DNA of 64,000 nt from Bauldia sp. (GTDB lineage Bacteria > Pseudomonadota > Alphaproteobacteria > Rhizobiales > Kaistiaceae): the NCBI GenBank assembly GCA_020849325.1, contig JADLGL010000002.1, forward strand, positions 413 through 64,412. Direction: 5' to 3'. Each line of letters begins with the position of its first letter. Positions within the stretch are counted from its first letter, which is position 1. Both the position numbers and the translations under genes were made by a program. Positions 45,917-55,086 of the stretch are shown in pieces. The notes under the pieces were generated by a model. The model was not told the DNA's origin and ran no database searches. It was given only the letters and a program-made list of their open reading frames with translations.

Positions 45917-47298
45917 GAGACGGCCACCGGGAGGCGGATCGTGGCGCGGAGGCCGGGGCCGGCGTCGCTCAGCTCCAGCCGGCCGCGATGGAGCTTCGCG
46001 AGCGCGGCGACGAGGCTGAGGCCGAGCCCGGTGCCCGGCGTGGAGCGGCTCTTCTCCAGCCGGACGAAGCGCTCCTGCACGCGGCCTCTCTCCTCCTCCG
46101 GAATGCCGGGCCCGTTGTCGGCCACCACGATGAGGAGGTCGTTGCCCTCGCGACGGACGGCGACGTGGATTGCGGGGGGCACCGCGCCATCCGCGGGACG
46201 GCCGTGCTTGATGGCATTGTCGATGAGGTTCGCAATGGCCTGCGAGAGGAGCTCGCGATTGCCGCGGAAGGGCTGCTCGCCGTCGATGTCGGCCGCGATC
46301 GTCGCACCCGCCTCCTCGGCGACCGGCTCGTACAGCTCGACGATGTCGCGCACCATCGCGGCAGCGTCGATCCCGTCGGCGTGCTCGTCGGTCGAGCCGG
46401 CTTCGATGCGGGCGATGGTGAGGAGGGCGTTGAAGGTGTCGATCAGCTGATCGGCGTCCTCGATCGCGGCGGCCATCGCCTCGCGGCCGGCCTCGCGGTC
46501 GTCGTTGGCGAGCGCGGCGTCGAGGCGGTTCCGCATCCGGCTCAGCGGCGTCTTGAGGTCGTGCGCGATGTTGTCCGACACCTCTTTCAGCCCCCGCATC
46601 AGCGCCTCGAGCCGCTCCAGCATCGCATTGAGGCTGTCGGCGAGGCGGTCGAATTCGTCCCGCGTCCCGGCGACTTCGAGCCGGCCGGTGAGATCGCCGG
46701 CCATGATGCGGCGGGTCGTTGCCGAAATCGAATCGATGCGCCGCAGGACGCGCCGGCTGACGAAGAACCACGACACGAGGCCGAGGCCAACGAGAAGGAC
46801 GCCCGCGACGATGAGGGCGAGCCGCGTGATGTCGGCAAAGCGCTCGCGCTCGGACATGTCGCGGCCGACGAGCAGGAACATGCCACCCTGCAGGCGCACC
46901 ACCTGGACCATCGCGGAGCGCTGGACGCCGTCGTTGCCGGTGTAGCCGACGATGGCCGGCGTCAGCACCGCCTGGGCGAGGAACTCGGTCGCCACCTCGT
47001 TGACGTTGCCGGCCATGTTGCGGCCCTGGCTGTCGGCGAGGAGATAGAGGCTCGCGCCGGGCCGGTTGCTGCGGTCCTGGATCGCGGCGATCAGGCCGTT
47101 CACGCCCCCCTCGTTCCACGATGAAGCGAGGTCGGAGAATTCGGAACCGATGGTCTCGGAGATCTGCTGGCTGAAGAGCCGGTTGGCGGCGAAGGTGATC
47201 GAAAGGACGAAGACGAGGGCGAACGCGGTGAAGACGGCGAGGTAGATCGCCGACAGCTTGAACGCGGTCGTCGAGACGATCCTACCGCCGCGGGCCAC
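45913..47298 (-). CDS. HAMP-domain sensor histidine kinase (envelope-type, partner of the OmpR-family regulator upstream)
   Basis: 461-aa ORF with a GTG start overlapping the regulator stop by 17 nt. Two TM segments flank a periplasmic-size loop. HAMP region (IMAGDLTGRLE), H-box DNIAHDLKTPLS, DNGPGIP, GTGLGLSLV. Confidence 0.85.
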   Translation of the reverse strand: MARGGRIVSTTAFKLSAIYLAVFTAFALVFVLSITFAANRLFSQQISETIGSEFSDLASSWNEGGVNGLIAAIQDRSNRPGASLYLLADSQGRNMAGNVNEVATEFLAQAVLTPAIVGYTGNDGVQRSAMVQVVRLQGGMFLLVGRDMSERERFADITRLALIVAGVLLVGLGLVSWFFVSRRVLRRIDSISATTRRIMAGDLTGRLEVAGTRDEFDRLADSLNAMLERLEALMRGLKEVSDNIAHDLKTPLSRMRNRLDAALANDDREAGREAMAAAIEDADQLIDTFNALLTIARIEAGSTDEHADGIDAAAMVRDIVELYEPVAEEAGATIAADIDGEQPFRGNRELLSQAIANLIDNAIKHGRPADGAVPPAIHVAVRREGNDLLIVVADNGPGIPEEERGRVQERFVRLEKSRSTPGTGLGLSLVAALAKLHRGRLELSDAGPGLRATIRLPVAVS

Positions 47299-47965
47299 GG
47301 ACCATGTATCCCGCGCCGCGCACCGTGTGGAGGAGCGGCGGCGAGAACCCCTTGTCGATCTTGGCCCGGAGCCGCGAGACGTGGACGTCGATGACGTTGG
47401 TCTGCGGGTCGAAATGATAGTCCCAGACGTGCTCGAGCAGCATCGTCCGCGTCACGACCTTCTCGGCATTCCGCATGAGGTATTCGAGGAGGCGGAACTC
47501 GCGCGGCTGGAGCGGGATGGCTTTACCGCCGCGCGTCACGGTGTGCGAGAGGCGGTCGAGCTCGAGATCGCCGACCCGGTAGGACGTGGTCTCGCCCTCG
47601 CCCGGCCGGCGCCGGCGGCCCAGAACCTCGATGCGGGCGAGAAGCTCCGAGAAGGCGAAGGGTTTTGCGAGGTAGTCGTCCCCCCCTGCCCGGAGGCCGG
47701 TGACGCGGTCGTCGACGCGGCCGAGCGCGGAGAGAATGAGGACAGGAACGTCCGAGCCGGCTTTCCGCAGTTCCGAGACGACCGCAAGGCCGTCGCGCTG
47801 CGGCAGCATGCGGTCGACGACGAGGACGTCGTAGTCGCCCGAGAGCGCGAGATCGGACCCCGTGACGCCGTCGGAGGCGTGGTCGGGCACGTGACCGGCC
47901 TCGCGCAGCGCCTTGGTGAGGTAGGCCGCGGTCTCCCTGTCGTCCTCGATCAGCAGGATTCGCAT
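47282..47965 (-). CDS. OmpR/PhoB-family response regulator
   Basis: 227-aa ORF. Receiver domain MRILLIEDD ... DVLVVDRMLP; winged-helix output RGAGYMV. Confidence 0.9.
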   Translation of the reverse strand: MRILLIEDDRETAAYLTKALREAGHVPDHASDGVTGSDLALSGDYDVLVVDRMLPQRDGLAVVSELRKAGSDVPVLILSALGRVDDRVTGLRAGGDDYLAKPFAFSELLARIEVLGRRRRPGEGETTSYRVGDLELDRLSHTVTRGGKAIPLQPREFRLLEYLMRNAEKVVTRTMLLEHVWDYHFDPQTNVIDVHVSRLRAKIDKGFSPPLLHTVRGAGYMVRGPRR

Positions 47966-48003
47966 CGATGGAGCATATCAGCATGGGACCGGCGGCGGTC
48001 CGC

Positions 48004-48047
48004 CAGACAAAGAAACGGCAGGCCGGATGCGGATCCAGCCTGCCGTT
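48004..48047 (-). terminator. Rho-independent terminator downstream of degP
   Basis: On the minus strand: perfect 10-bp stem AACGGCAGGC/GCCTGCCGTT (48014-48023 / 48038-48047) with a 14-nt loop, followed by TCTTTGTCT. Starts 62 nt after the degP stop and ends about 40 nt before the regulator ATG. Confidence 0.6.
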
Positions 48048-48108
48048 CAGGAACGGACGGAAGTTGGGGGGCGACTAGGAACGACCTCCGTCCGCCAGGC
48101 TGGGAGGC

Positions 48109-49560
48109 CTAGAGGGGTACGGCGACGAAGTAGGTGCCTCCGTCACGCGTGATCTGGAACAGGATTGCCGGCCGGTCGGCATCGCGGGCCGCGGCGACGG
48201 CGTCGCGGACGTCCTGGGTCGACGTGACCTGCACGTCGCCGACGGCGACGATGACGTCGCCCTGGCGGAGACCGGCCTGCGCGGCCGATCCGGTCGGGTT
48301 GAGATCGGCGATGACGACGTCACCCTGATAGGTGCCGATCGCCATGCCGATATTGGTCTCCGGCGTCGGCTCGGCCGGCGCGGGGGTCGTCTCGGCGGCG
48401 GCCCGCTGCTCGTCGGTCGGCATCTGGGCGAGGACCACGGTGATGTCGAGCGTCTCGCCGTTCCGGAACACGGTCAGCGTGACGGACGAGCCGGGGTCGA
48501 GCGCCCCGATCCTCCGGGCAAGGTCGGTCGAGGATTCGATGTCCTCGCCGTTCACCTCGAGGATGACGTCGCGAACCTGGATGCCGGCGGCGAAAGCGGG
48601 GCTGTCGCCGTTCGGACCACCCACGAGGGCGCCGCCCGGGCCGGGAAGGCCGAGAAGACCGGCGAGATCGGCGCCGACCGACTGGATCTGCAGGCCGAGA
48701 TAGCCGCGCGAGACGGTGCCGTCGTCGCGAAGGTCCGCGACGATGTCGGCCGCGACCGCCGCCGGGATGGCGAAGGCGATGCCGACATTGCCGCCGGTCG
48801 GCGAGTAGATCGCCGTGTTCACGCCGATCACCTGGCCGGCGAGGTTGAAGGTCGGGCCACCGGAATTGCCCTGATTTACCGCGGCGTCGATCTGGATGTA
48901 GTCGTCATAGGCGCTGGTGCCGAGCGAACGGCCCTCGGCGGAGACGATGCCGGCGGTGACGGTGTTGCCGAGACCGAAGGGGGTGCCGACGGCCACCGCC
49001 CAGTCGCCGACGCGGATGTCGCCGGTCGCGAACTCGACGTAGCGGAAGTCGCGGTCGGCATCGACCTTGAGGAGCGCGAGGTCGGTGAGCTCGTCCGTAC
49101 CGATGAGCGTCGCCGGAAGCTCGGTCCCGTCATTCAGGATGACGGTGTACTCGGTCGCATTGTGGTCGACGACGTGGTTGTTGGTGACGACGTAGCCGTC
49201 CTGCGAGATGAAGAAGCCCGAGCCGATGCTCGTGGTCGGGACCGTTTCGGCCTCCGGGAGGCCGCGGAAGAACTGCTCCGGCACGCCGGGCGGCATGTTG
49301 TCGAAGCCGGGGATGCTGATCTGGCGGGTCGATTCGCCGCGGACGCGGATGCCGACGACGGCAGGCGCCACTGCATCGACCACATCGGCGAAGGACGGCA
49401 GCGCGACCGGCTGCGCGATCACGACCGGCTGCGCATTGGCGACGCCGGGCGGCAGGGCCGAGCCGACGACGACGGCAGCGCCGAGCGCCAGCACCGATAC
49501 CGTGCCGAACAGAACGCGCCGGCGCAGCGACGGCCGGGAAGCGAGAGTGGTGGAGGTCAA
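48109..49560 (-). CDS. degP: Periplasmic serine endoprotease DegP/HtrA (Do family), two PDZ domains
   Basis: 483-aa ORF with a TTG start and GGGAGA upstream. Signal peptide; catalytic triad motifs TNNHVV, DLALLK, GNSGGP. Confidence 0.9.
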   Translation of the reverse strand: MTSTTLASRPSLRRRVLFGTVSVLALGAAVVVGSALPPGVANAQPVVIAQPVALPSFADVVDAVAPAVVGIRVRGESTRQISIPGFDNMPPGVPEQFFRGLPEAETVPTTSIGSGFFISQDGYVVTNNHVVDHNATEYTVILNDGTELPATLIGTDELTDLALLKVDADRDFRYVEFATGDIRVGDWAVAVGTPFGLGNTVTAGIVSAEGRSLGTSAYDDYIQIDAAVNQGNSGGPTFNLAGQVIGVNTAIYSPTGGNVGIAFAIPAAVAADIVADLRDDGTVSRGYLGLQIQSVGADLAGLLGLPGPGGALVGGPNGDSPAFAAGIQVRDVILEVNGEDIESSTDLARRIGALDPGSSVTLTVFRNGETLDITVVLAQMPTDEQRAAAETTPAPAEPTPETNIGMAIGTYQGDVVIADLNPTGSAAQAGLRQGDVIVAVGDVQVTSTQDVRDAVAAARDADRPAILFQITRDGGTYFVAVPL

Positions 49561-49875
49561 GGGTCTGGTCTCCCAGGGAGGATGAGGCGATGACCGAAGC
49601 CCCTCGGCATCGCGTTGACCCGGAAGATGACGTCTTCGACCTTACGGCCGCCTGTCAGGCGGATTAAAGGCTCGTAATGTTCTGGGATTGGCGGAAATCC
49701 GCCGTTCACGAGGGCGCGGGCGGGCGCCCGGGAGGTGATCCGCTCCCCTTTTCTGCCTGAGGCGGCCGGCCCATCACATCGCGCTCCACGACTGCGCCGG
49801 ACAGGCGGTCGGGTTTGGCGGGCTCGCCCACAAGCGTCTCGACGAAGCCGGGAGACCCTGCTTTCGCGTGTTCCT

Positions 49876-50044
49876 GCTTCCGCTCCCCCTCTTGTGGGGG
49901 AGCCGATTTTGCGAGGCGCAGCCGACGCGAAATCGGAGGGGGAGCAGCCTGGCCGCAAGCCCGATACGCGCGGTGAGGTCAAGCCCCACCCCAACCCGAC
50001 GCGCTTCGCGCGGCGCGTTGGACGTCCCCACAAGGGGAGGTCGA
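49876..50044. repeat. Diverged family A repeat (copy 3) between ccmH and degP
   Basis: Left hairpin GCTCCCCC-TCTTGT-GGGGGAGC (49882-49903), internal CCGATTT..AAATCGG stem, right end GACGTCCCCACAAGGGGAGGTCGA. Colinear with 60270-60424. Confidence 0.7.
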
Positions 50045-50059
50045 TGCTGCCACGGATGG

Positions 50060-50566
50060 CTACTGACCGCCGCTGCCCGATTCCCGCAGCACTTTGTCGA
50101 GGCGGCGCTGTTCTTCGGGCGTGAGCGTGGCGCCGTCCTGTTCGCCGTTGCGGAGCGACCGGCGGCGGATGACGCGGACCGAGAGAATGATGCCGCCGAT
50201 CAGAAGGAGCGGCGGGGCGAGCCAGAGGAGGGCCGTGGCGGCGTTGAAGCGCGGCTTGAGGAGGATGAACTCGCCGTAGCGGTCGACGAGGAAATCGATC
50301 ACCTCGCCATCGCTGTCGCCGGCCACGAGCCGTTCGCGCACGACGAGGCGGATGTCGCGGGCGAAGGGCGAATTCGAATCGTCGATGTTCTGGTTCTGGC
50401 AGACGAGGCAGCGGAGTTCCTTCGACAGCGCCCGTGCGCGTGCCTCGAGCGCCGGGTCGGCCAGCATCTCGTCCGGCGTCACGGCATAGGCCGGCGGGAT
50501 CACCAGCGCCGGCAACGATACGATCGTCACCAGCGCGAGGATCAGCGCCCGGAGACCGCGAACCAC
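50060..50566 (-). CDS. ccmH: Cytochrome c-type biogenesis protein CcmH (CycL)
   Basis: GTG at 50566 ([13 protein letters not shown]) lies 4 nt after the ccmF stop, with GGAG upstream. LRCLVCQNQ CxxC motif. The track ORF start at 50653 would overlap ccmF by 83 nt. Confidence 0.82.
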   Translation of the reverse strand: MVRGLRALILALVTIVSLPALVIPPAYAVTPDEMLADPALEARARALSKELRCLVCQNQNIDDSNSPFARDIRLVVRERLVAGDSDGEVIDFLVDRYGEFILLKPRFNAATALLWLAPPLLLIGGIILSVRVIRRRSLRNGEQDGATLTPEEQRRLDKVLRESGSGGQ

Positions 50567-50570
50567 TGTC

Positions 50571-52583
50571 CTACTCCGCCGGCTGGAGGGTCTTGTGCCG
50601 TGCCGTCTTCGGCGCGCCGACGCGAAGACGGCGGTCGGAGAGCGAGAGCGCACCGCCGAAGGCCATGATCACGGCGCCGAGCCACACGAAGGCGACCAGC
50701 GGCTTCCAGTAGACGTGGACGGTGAGGAGGCTCTGGTCCGAGAACTCGCCCGGCAGGAGCACGACGCCGTTCTCGCGGATGTCGCCCGGCGAGATGTAGA
50801 GGTGCGACGGGCCGAACCAGTTGATCGACGCTTCGGTCGTCTCCTGGCCGCGAACCATGTAGCCGCGCTTCTCGCCGCTCGAGGTCCGGATGACCTCGCC
50901 GTTCCGGCTGATCGTGAAGTGGACCAGCGTCGAGACGAAGTTGCCGTTCTCCTCGTGTTCGTAGCCCGCGAGGGTGACCGTGGTGCTGCCGATCTCGACG
51001 CTCTCGCCGGGGCGGATGTCCTTGATGGCCTCGGTCGACCACACCGAGGAGACGACGATGCCAAGGACCGTGACGCCGAGGCCGAGGTGGCCGAGGGCCA
51101 TGCCCCAGGCCGACCGCGGCAGGCCGGCGAGGCGGCGGAGCGCGGTGCCGAAGCCGACCTTGAAGAACTGGGCGCGGAAGACGAGTTCCGACAGCGCGCC
51201 GGCGATCAGCCAGACCGCAAGGCCGACGCCGAAGGCGGCAACGAACGAGTCGAGCCCGGCCGAGATCGCAACGATGACCATCGCGGCAATCGCCAGCCCC
51301 GCCGCCGCGTAGAGGCGCTGGGTCACGGCGTAGAAGTCCCCGCGCTTCCAGGCGAGCAGCGGCCCGAACGGAACCGCGAGGAGAAGCGGCACCATCAGCG
51401 GCACGAAGGTGACGTTGTAGAACGGCGCCCCGAAATTGACCTCGCTGCCGATCACCTGGCCGATCAGCGGATAGAGCGTCCCGAAGAGGACGATCGCGCA
51501 GCCGACGGTGAGGAACAGATTGTTGAGGATCAGCGAGCCTTCGCGGCTGATGGGCGCGAAGAGGCCGCCCTTGGTGAGCGAACTCGAACGGCCGGCGAAG
51601 AGCGTCAGCGCGCCGCCGATGAACAGGATCAGGATCGTGAGGATCCAGAGGCCGCGGCCGGGATCGGCGGCGAAAGTGTGCACCGAGGTGAGGACGCCCG
51701 AGCGGACGAGGAACGTGCCGAGGAGGCTGAGCGAGAAGGTGAGGATGGCGAGGAGCACCGTCCATATCTTCAGCGCATCGCGCTTCTCCATGACGATCGC
51801 CGAATGGAGGAGCGCGGTCGCGGCGAGCCACGGCATGAACGAGGAGTTCTCGACCGGGTCCCAGAACCACCAGCCGCCCCAGCCGAGCTCGTAATAGGCC
51901 CAGTACGAGCCCATCGCGATGCCGAGCGTGAGGAAGAGCCAGGAGACGAGCGTCCATGGCCGCACCCAGCGCGCCCACGCCGCCTCGATCTTGCCGTCGA
52001 TGAGGGCGGCGACCGCGAAGGCGAAGGCGATCGAGCAGCCGACATAGCCGAGATAGAGGAGCGGCGGGTGGACGGCGAGGCCGATGTCCTGGAGGACCGG
52101 GTTGAGGTCCATGCCCTCGATCGGCGCCGGCGAAAGGCGCTCGAACGGGTTCGAGGTGAACAGGATGAAGCCGATGAAGGAGACGCCGATCCAGCCCTGG
52201 ACCGAGAGCACCAGCGCGCGGAGTTTTTCCGGCAGGTTCCGGCCGAAGACGGCAACGAGGCCGCCGAAGAGCGTGAGGATGAGCACCCAGAGGAGCATCG
52301 AGCCCTCGTGGTTCCCCCACACGCCGGTGATCTTGTAGAGCATCGGCTTCGCGGTGTGCGAGTTCTCGTAGACGTTCGCCACCGAGAAGTCGGACACGAT
52401 GTAGGCGTGCATCAGCGCCGCGAATGCGATGCCGACGAGGAGGAACTGGGTCACGGCCGCGGGCCGCGCGAGGGCCATCAGGCGCGAATCCCCCGTCCGC
52501 GCGCCCCAGAACGGAACGGTGCTCTGGATGATCGCGACCGCGATCGCGAGGACGAGCGCGTAGTGGCCGAGTTCCGAGATCAT
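50571..52583 (-). CDS. ccmF: Cytochrome c heme lyase subunit CcmF (CycK)
   Basis: ATG at 52583 ([13 protein letters not shown]) overlaps the ccmE stop (ATGA at 52580-52583). [12 protein letters not shown] tryptophan-rich motif. Polytopic membrane protein. Confidence 0.92.
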   Translation of the reverse strand: MISELGHYALVLAIAVAIIQSTVPFWGARTGDSRLMALARPAAVTQFLLVGIAFAALMHAYIVSDFSVANVYENSHTAKPMLYKITGVWGNHEGSMLLWVLILTLFGGLVAVFGRNLPEKLRALVLSVQGWIGVSFIGFILFTSNPFERLSPAPIEGMDLNPVLQDIGLAVHPPLLYLGYVGCSIAFAFAVAALIDGKIEAAWARWVRPWTLVSWLFLTLGIAMGSYWAYYELGWGGWWFWDPVENSSFMPWLAATALLHSAIVMEKRDALKIWTVLLAILTFSLSLLGTFLVRSGVLTSVHTFAADPGRGLWILTILILFIGGALTLFAGRSSSLTKGGLFAPISREGSLILNNLFLTVGCAIVLFGTLYPLIGQVIGSEVNFGAPFYNVTFVPLMVPLLLAVPFGPLLAWKRGDFYAVTQRLYAAAGLAIAAMVIVAISAGLDSFVAAFGVGLAVWLIAGALSELVFRAQFFKVGFGTALRRLAGLPRSAWGMALGHLGLGVTVLGIVVSSVWSTEAIKDIRPGESVEIGSTTVTLAGYEHEENGNFVSTLVHFTISRNGEVIRTSSGEKRGYMVRGQETTEASINWFGPSHLYISPGDIRENGVVLLPGEFSDQSLLTVHVYWKPLVAFVWLGAVIMAFGGALSLSDRRLRVGAPKTARHKTLQPAE

Positions 52584-53125
52584 GGCGCGGGCGTCGCCGG
52601 GGTGACCGCCGGGGTCGGCGCCGGCGCGTTGGTGGTGTCCATGTTGGCCGGGACGTCGCCGTACCACTCGCCCTGCTCGCGGAGCGCGTTGACCACTTCG
52701 GCGGGCATGTAGGCCTCGTCGTGCTTGGCAAGGACGGTGTCGGCCATGAAGACGCCGTTCGGCCCGAGCGTGCCTTCGGTCACCACGCCCTGCCCTTCGC
52801 GGAAGAGATCGGGGACGATGCCCTGGTACTGGACCTGCACGGTGGCGGCCATGTCGGTGACGCCGAAGACGATCACGCCGTCGTCGTGGCGCTCGACCGT
52901 ATTCACGGCGACGAGGCCGCCCAGACGGATGCGCTGGTCCTGCGCCGGCGGATTGGCGAGCACCTCGCTCGGGGACGAGAAGAAAGTGATACTCCCGCTC
53001 ATTGCCACGAGAATGAGGGCGACGGCCGCAACCAGAACCGTACCGGCCAGCGCGATGATAATCAGCCGGCGCTGCTTCCGGCCCATGCGCTTGGGCCGCG
53101 AGCCCATCGTCTGGGAAATCGTCAT
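52580..53125 (-). CDS. ccmE: Cytochrome c maturation heme chaperone CcmE (CycJ), with a Pro/Thr/Ala-rich C-terminal tail
   Basis: The ATG overlaps the ccmI stop (ATGA at 53122-53125). TM anchor; heme-binding LAKHDEAYMP motif. Confidence 0.9.
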   Translation of the reverse strand: MTISQTMGSRPKRMGRKQRRLIIIALAGTVLVAAVALILVAMSGSITFFSSPSEVLANPPAQDQRIRLGGLVAVNTVERHDDGVIVFGVTDMAATVQVQYQGIVPDLFREGQGVVTEGTLGPNGVFMADTVLAKHDEAYMPAEVVNALREQGEWYGDVPANMDTTNAPAPTPAVTPATPAP

Positions 53126-54375
53126 GGCTGCTCCAGTTCCTGTGCCACCCGATCGATCAGCGCCAGCCCGTCCGCGTTCCCAGCCAGCGCGGCGCGGGCC
53201 TGACCGAGCGCTTCGGTGACCTGTTCCGTTCGTCCCAGCACACTATACGCCCGAATGAGCTGGGCCCAAGCGTCGGCATTGTCGCCGTTCGCCGTCACAG
53301 CCGCGGCCGGCGTGCTGATGACGCCATTTTCGATCATAGTGAGTGCCTGGTCGTTCCCCGCAAAGGTGGATCGCGCAGACGTGACCGCCTGGCGCGCTGC
53401 GGAGAGCTCGTCGAGGACGACGTAGGAGAGGATCAGCCGCATCCAGCCCTCCGCGTCCTGCGGATTCTCGATGAGGCGCGCCGCGAGGTTGCCCACCATC
53501 GCGCGGATCATCGGGTCGGCGTCGTCGGCCGTCGCCGCGCCCTCGACCGGCGCGCCGAGCGCCGCGAGCTGTTCCTGCGCGAACGCCACCCAGGGTGCGC
53601 CCTCGGGCGGCGCGAGGGTGAGGACGTACTGCCAGGCAGCCACCGCGTCCGCGGTGAGGCCGGCCGCCTGCAGCGCCGACGCCCGGTAGAAGTTGGCGCC
53701 GACCTGTTGCGGATTGATGGCCAGGACGATGTCGAAGATGCGGAGCGCGTCGACGGTGACGGCGCCGTTGGCGTTGACGATCAGTTCGCCGAGGCCGACG
53801 CCGACGTCGCCGGTCGGGTCGAGGTCGGGACGCAGCCGCACGAGATTGGCGTAGGCGTCCGCGACGCGGTCCATGCGCCCGACCTGGCCGTAGACGAGAA
53901 GGGCGTCCTGCCACATGGCGGCGTTGTCGGGATCGGCGGCGAGCGCGGCATCGTAGGCCACCGCCCTTCCGGGGAGATCGTCCTCCTGCGGGTTCGCGAG
54001 GCGCTCCTCGATCGGCATGTCGCGCTGGTCGGGCGAGCCGAGCCACCACGGATACAGCGCGAGACCGACCACCGGCAGGACGACGATGGCGGCGAGCGCC
54101 GCGATCCGCGGGCGGTTCGATGTCGCGATCGCCGTGTCGGGGCTCTCCTCGCCGGCCTTGAGGAGGCGGCGCCGGATCTCGTTCCGCGCCGCCTCGGCCT
54201 CGGCAGCGGGGAGCACGCCACGCGCCACGTCACGGCCGATCTCGCTGAGCTGATCGCGGTAGATGGCGATCTGGGCGTCGCGGGCGGCGATGCCGGTGCG
54301 GTTGCGGAAGAGCGGGGCCAGGAGCGCGACGGCCGCGGCTGCCGTCAGAACGGCCATCGCTATCCACAAAGCCAT
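53122..54375 (-). CDS. ccmI: Cytochrome c-type biogenesis protein CcmI (CycH), TPR-containing
   Basis: 417-aa ORF. Two N-terminal TM segments separated by a charged loop, then TPR-like repeats. First gene of the ccmI-E-F-H chain. Confidence 0.85.
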   Translation of the reverse strand: MALWIAMAVLTAAAAVALLAPLFRNRTGIAARDAQIAIYRDQLSEIGRDVARGVLPAAEAEAARNEIRRRLLKAGEESPDTAIATSNRPRIAALAAIVVLPVVGLALYPWWLGSPDQRDMPIEERLANPQEDDLPGRAVAYDAALAADPDNAAMWQDALLVYGQVGRMDRVADAYANLVRLRPDLDPTGDVGVGLGELIVNANGAVTVDALRIFDIVLAINPQQVGANFYRASALQAAGLTADAVAAWQYVLTLAPPEGAPWVAFAQEQLAALGAPVEGAATADDADPMIRAMVGNLAARLIENPQDAEGWMRLILSYVVLDELSAARQAVTSARSTFAGNDQALTMIENGVISTPAAAVTANGDNADAWAQLIRAYSVLGRTEQVTEALGQARAALAGNADGLALIDRVAQELEQP

Positions 54376-54472
54376 CTTGCGTCTCGATTTTCCCGGTCGC
54401 GCTGCTTCTATCGGCTGCCCATGGGCCGTGCAACCGCGACCCGTCCGCGCGCCATCACCGTCCCGTCACCTG

Positions 54473-54572
54473 AAGCGCGATCCGTTGAAGCCGAATCGCG
54501 CTCGTCGCTCTATCCCTTGATGGCGCATGATCTTTTTCGAAGAGCCGGCAGCCACTTCTTCGGATCGTGCCC
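54473..54572. repeat. Family E double-hairpin repeat (copy 1)
   Basis: AAGCGCGATCC-GTTGAAGCC-GAATCGCGCTC, a linker, then GGCGCATGATC..TTCTTCGGATCGTGCC, ending at the base before the lipoprotein stop codon. Colinear with 62707-62807. Confidence 0.8.
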
Positions 54573-55007
54573 TTAGGCAACGGGTGCCCACGGCCCGCCG
54601 GCAGTGCGGCACGACGTGCCCCGGCCGGCCTCGCGGACGCCGTTGACGTAGATCGTGTGGACGTAATCGCGGCACTGATACTCGTTGATCGTGTAGAGCG
54701 GACCCGGGATGACCTCGCCGTAGACGCCGCTCGTCGAGCCCTGCCACAGCACCGGAACGCCGGCGACGCCTTCCTCCAGCGCCTCGTATTCCGCCGCGAG
54801 CGCGCGCTGGCCGTCGGAACCGGTGAGCGTGAAGCCGATCGTCGCGCCCACGACGCCCGCGGTGATCGTGCCCGGCGGCGGGGCGGTGAAGGACGGTGCG
54901 GCCGGGGTCACGTTCGCGGGCGCCAGCGGCGAACCGCCGCCGCCGAGACAGCCGGCAAGGAGGAGCGGCAGGGCCAGCGGCGCGAGAGCTCGGGCTCGAA
55001 GGTGCAT
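54573..55007 (-). CDS. Small surface-antigen-like lipoprotein
   Basis: 144-aa ORF. Lipobox LLLAGC followed by GGGG. C-terminal YQCRDY ... GTSCR pattern, as in 17-kDa-antigen-type lipoproteins. Confidence 0.65.
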   Translation of the reverse strand: MHLRARALAPLALPLLLAGCLGGGGSPLAPANVTPAAPSFTAPPPGTITAGVVGATIGFTLTGSDGQRALAAEYEALEEGVAGVPVLWQGSTSGVYGEVIPGPLYTINEYQCRDYVHTIYVNGVREAGRGTSCRTAGGPWAPVA

Positions 55008-55086
55008 CGAAATCTTTCGGCGGCACGGGATCGGGGCGCGTGGCGCGATCCCATGACAGAGCGGCGGAAATGCGACAGGGCGCGGA

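Noticed and set aside
55053-55078. ATGACAG (reverse CTGTCAT) upstream of the surface-antigen-like lipoprotein gene, with a CTGTCGC-like partner.
   Set aside because: The partner is offset by 19 nt, not 11 or 22, so it is out of helical phase. A single 7-mer is not sufficient evidence for a Pho box.
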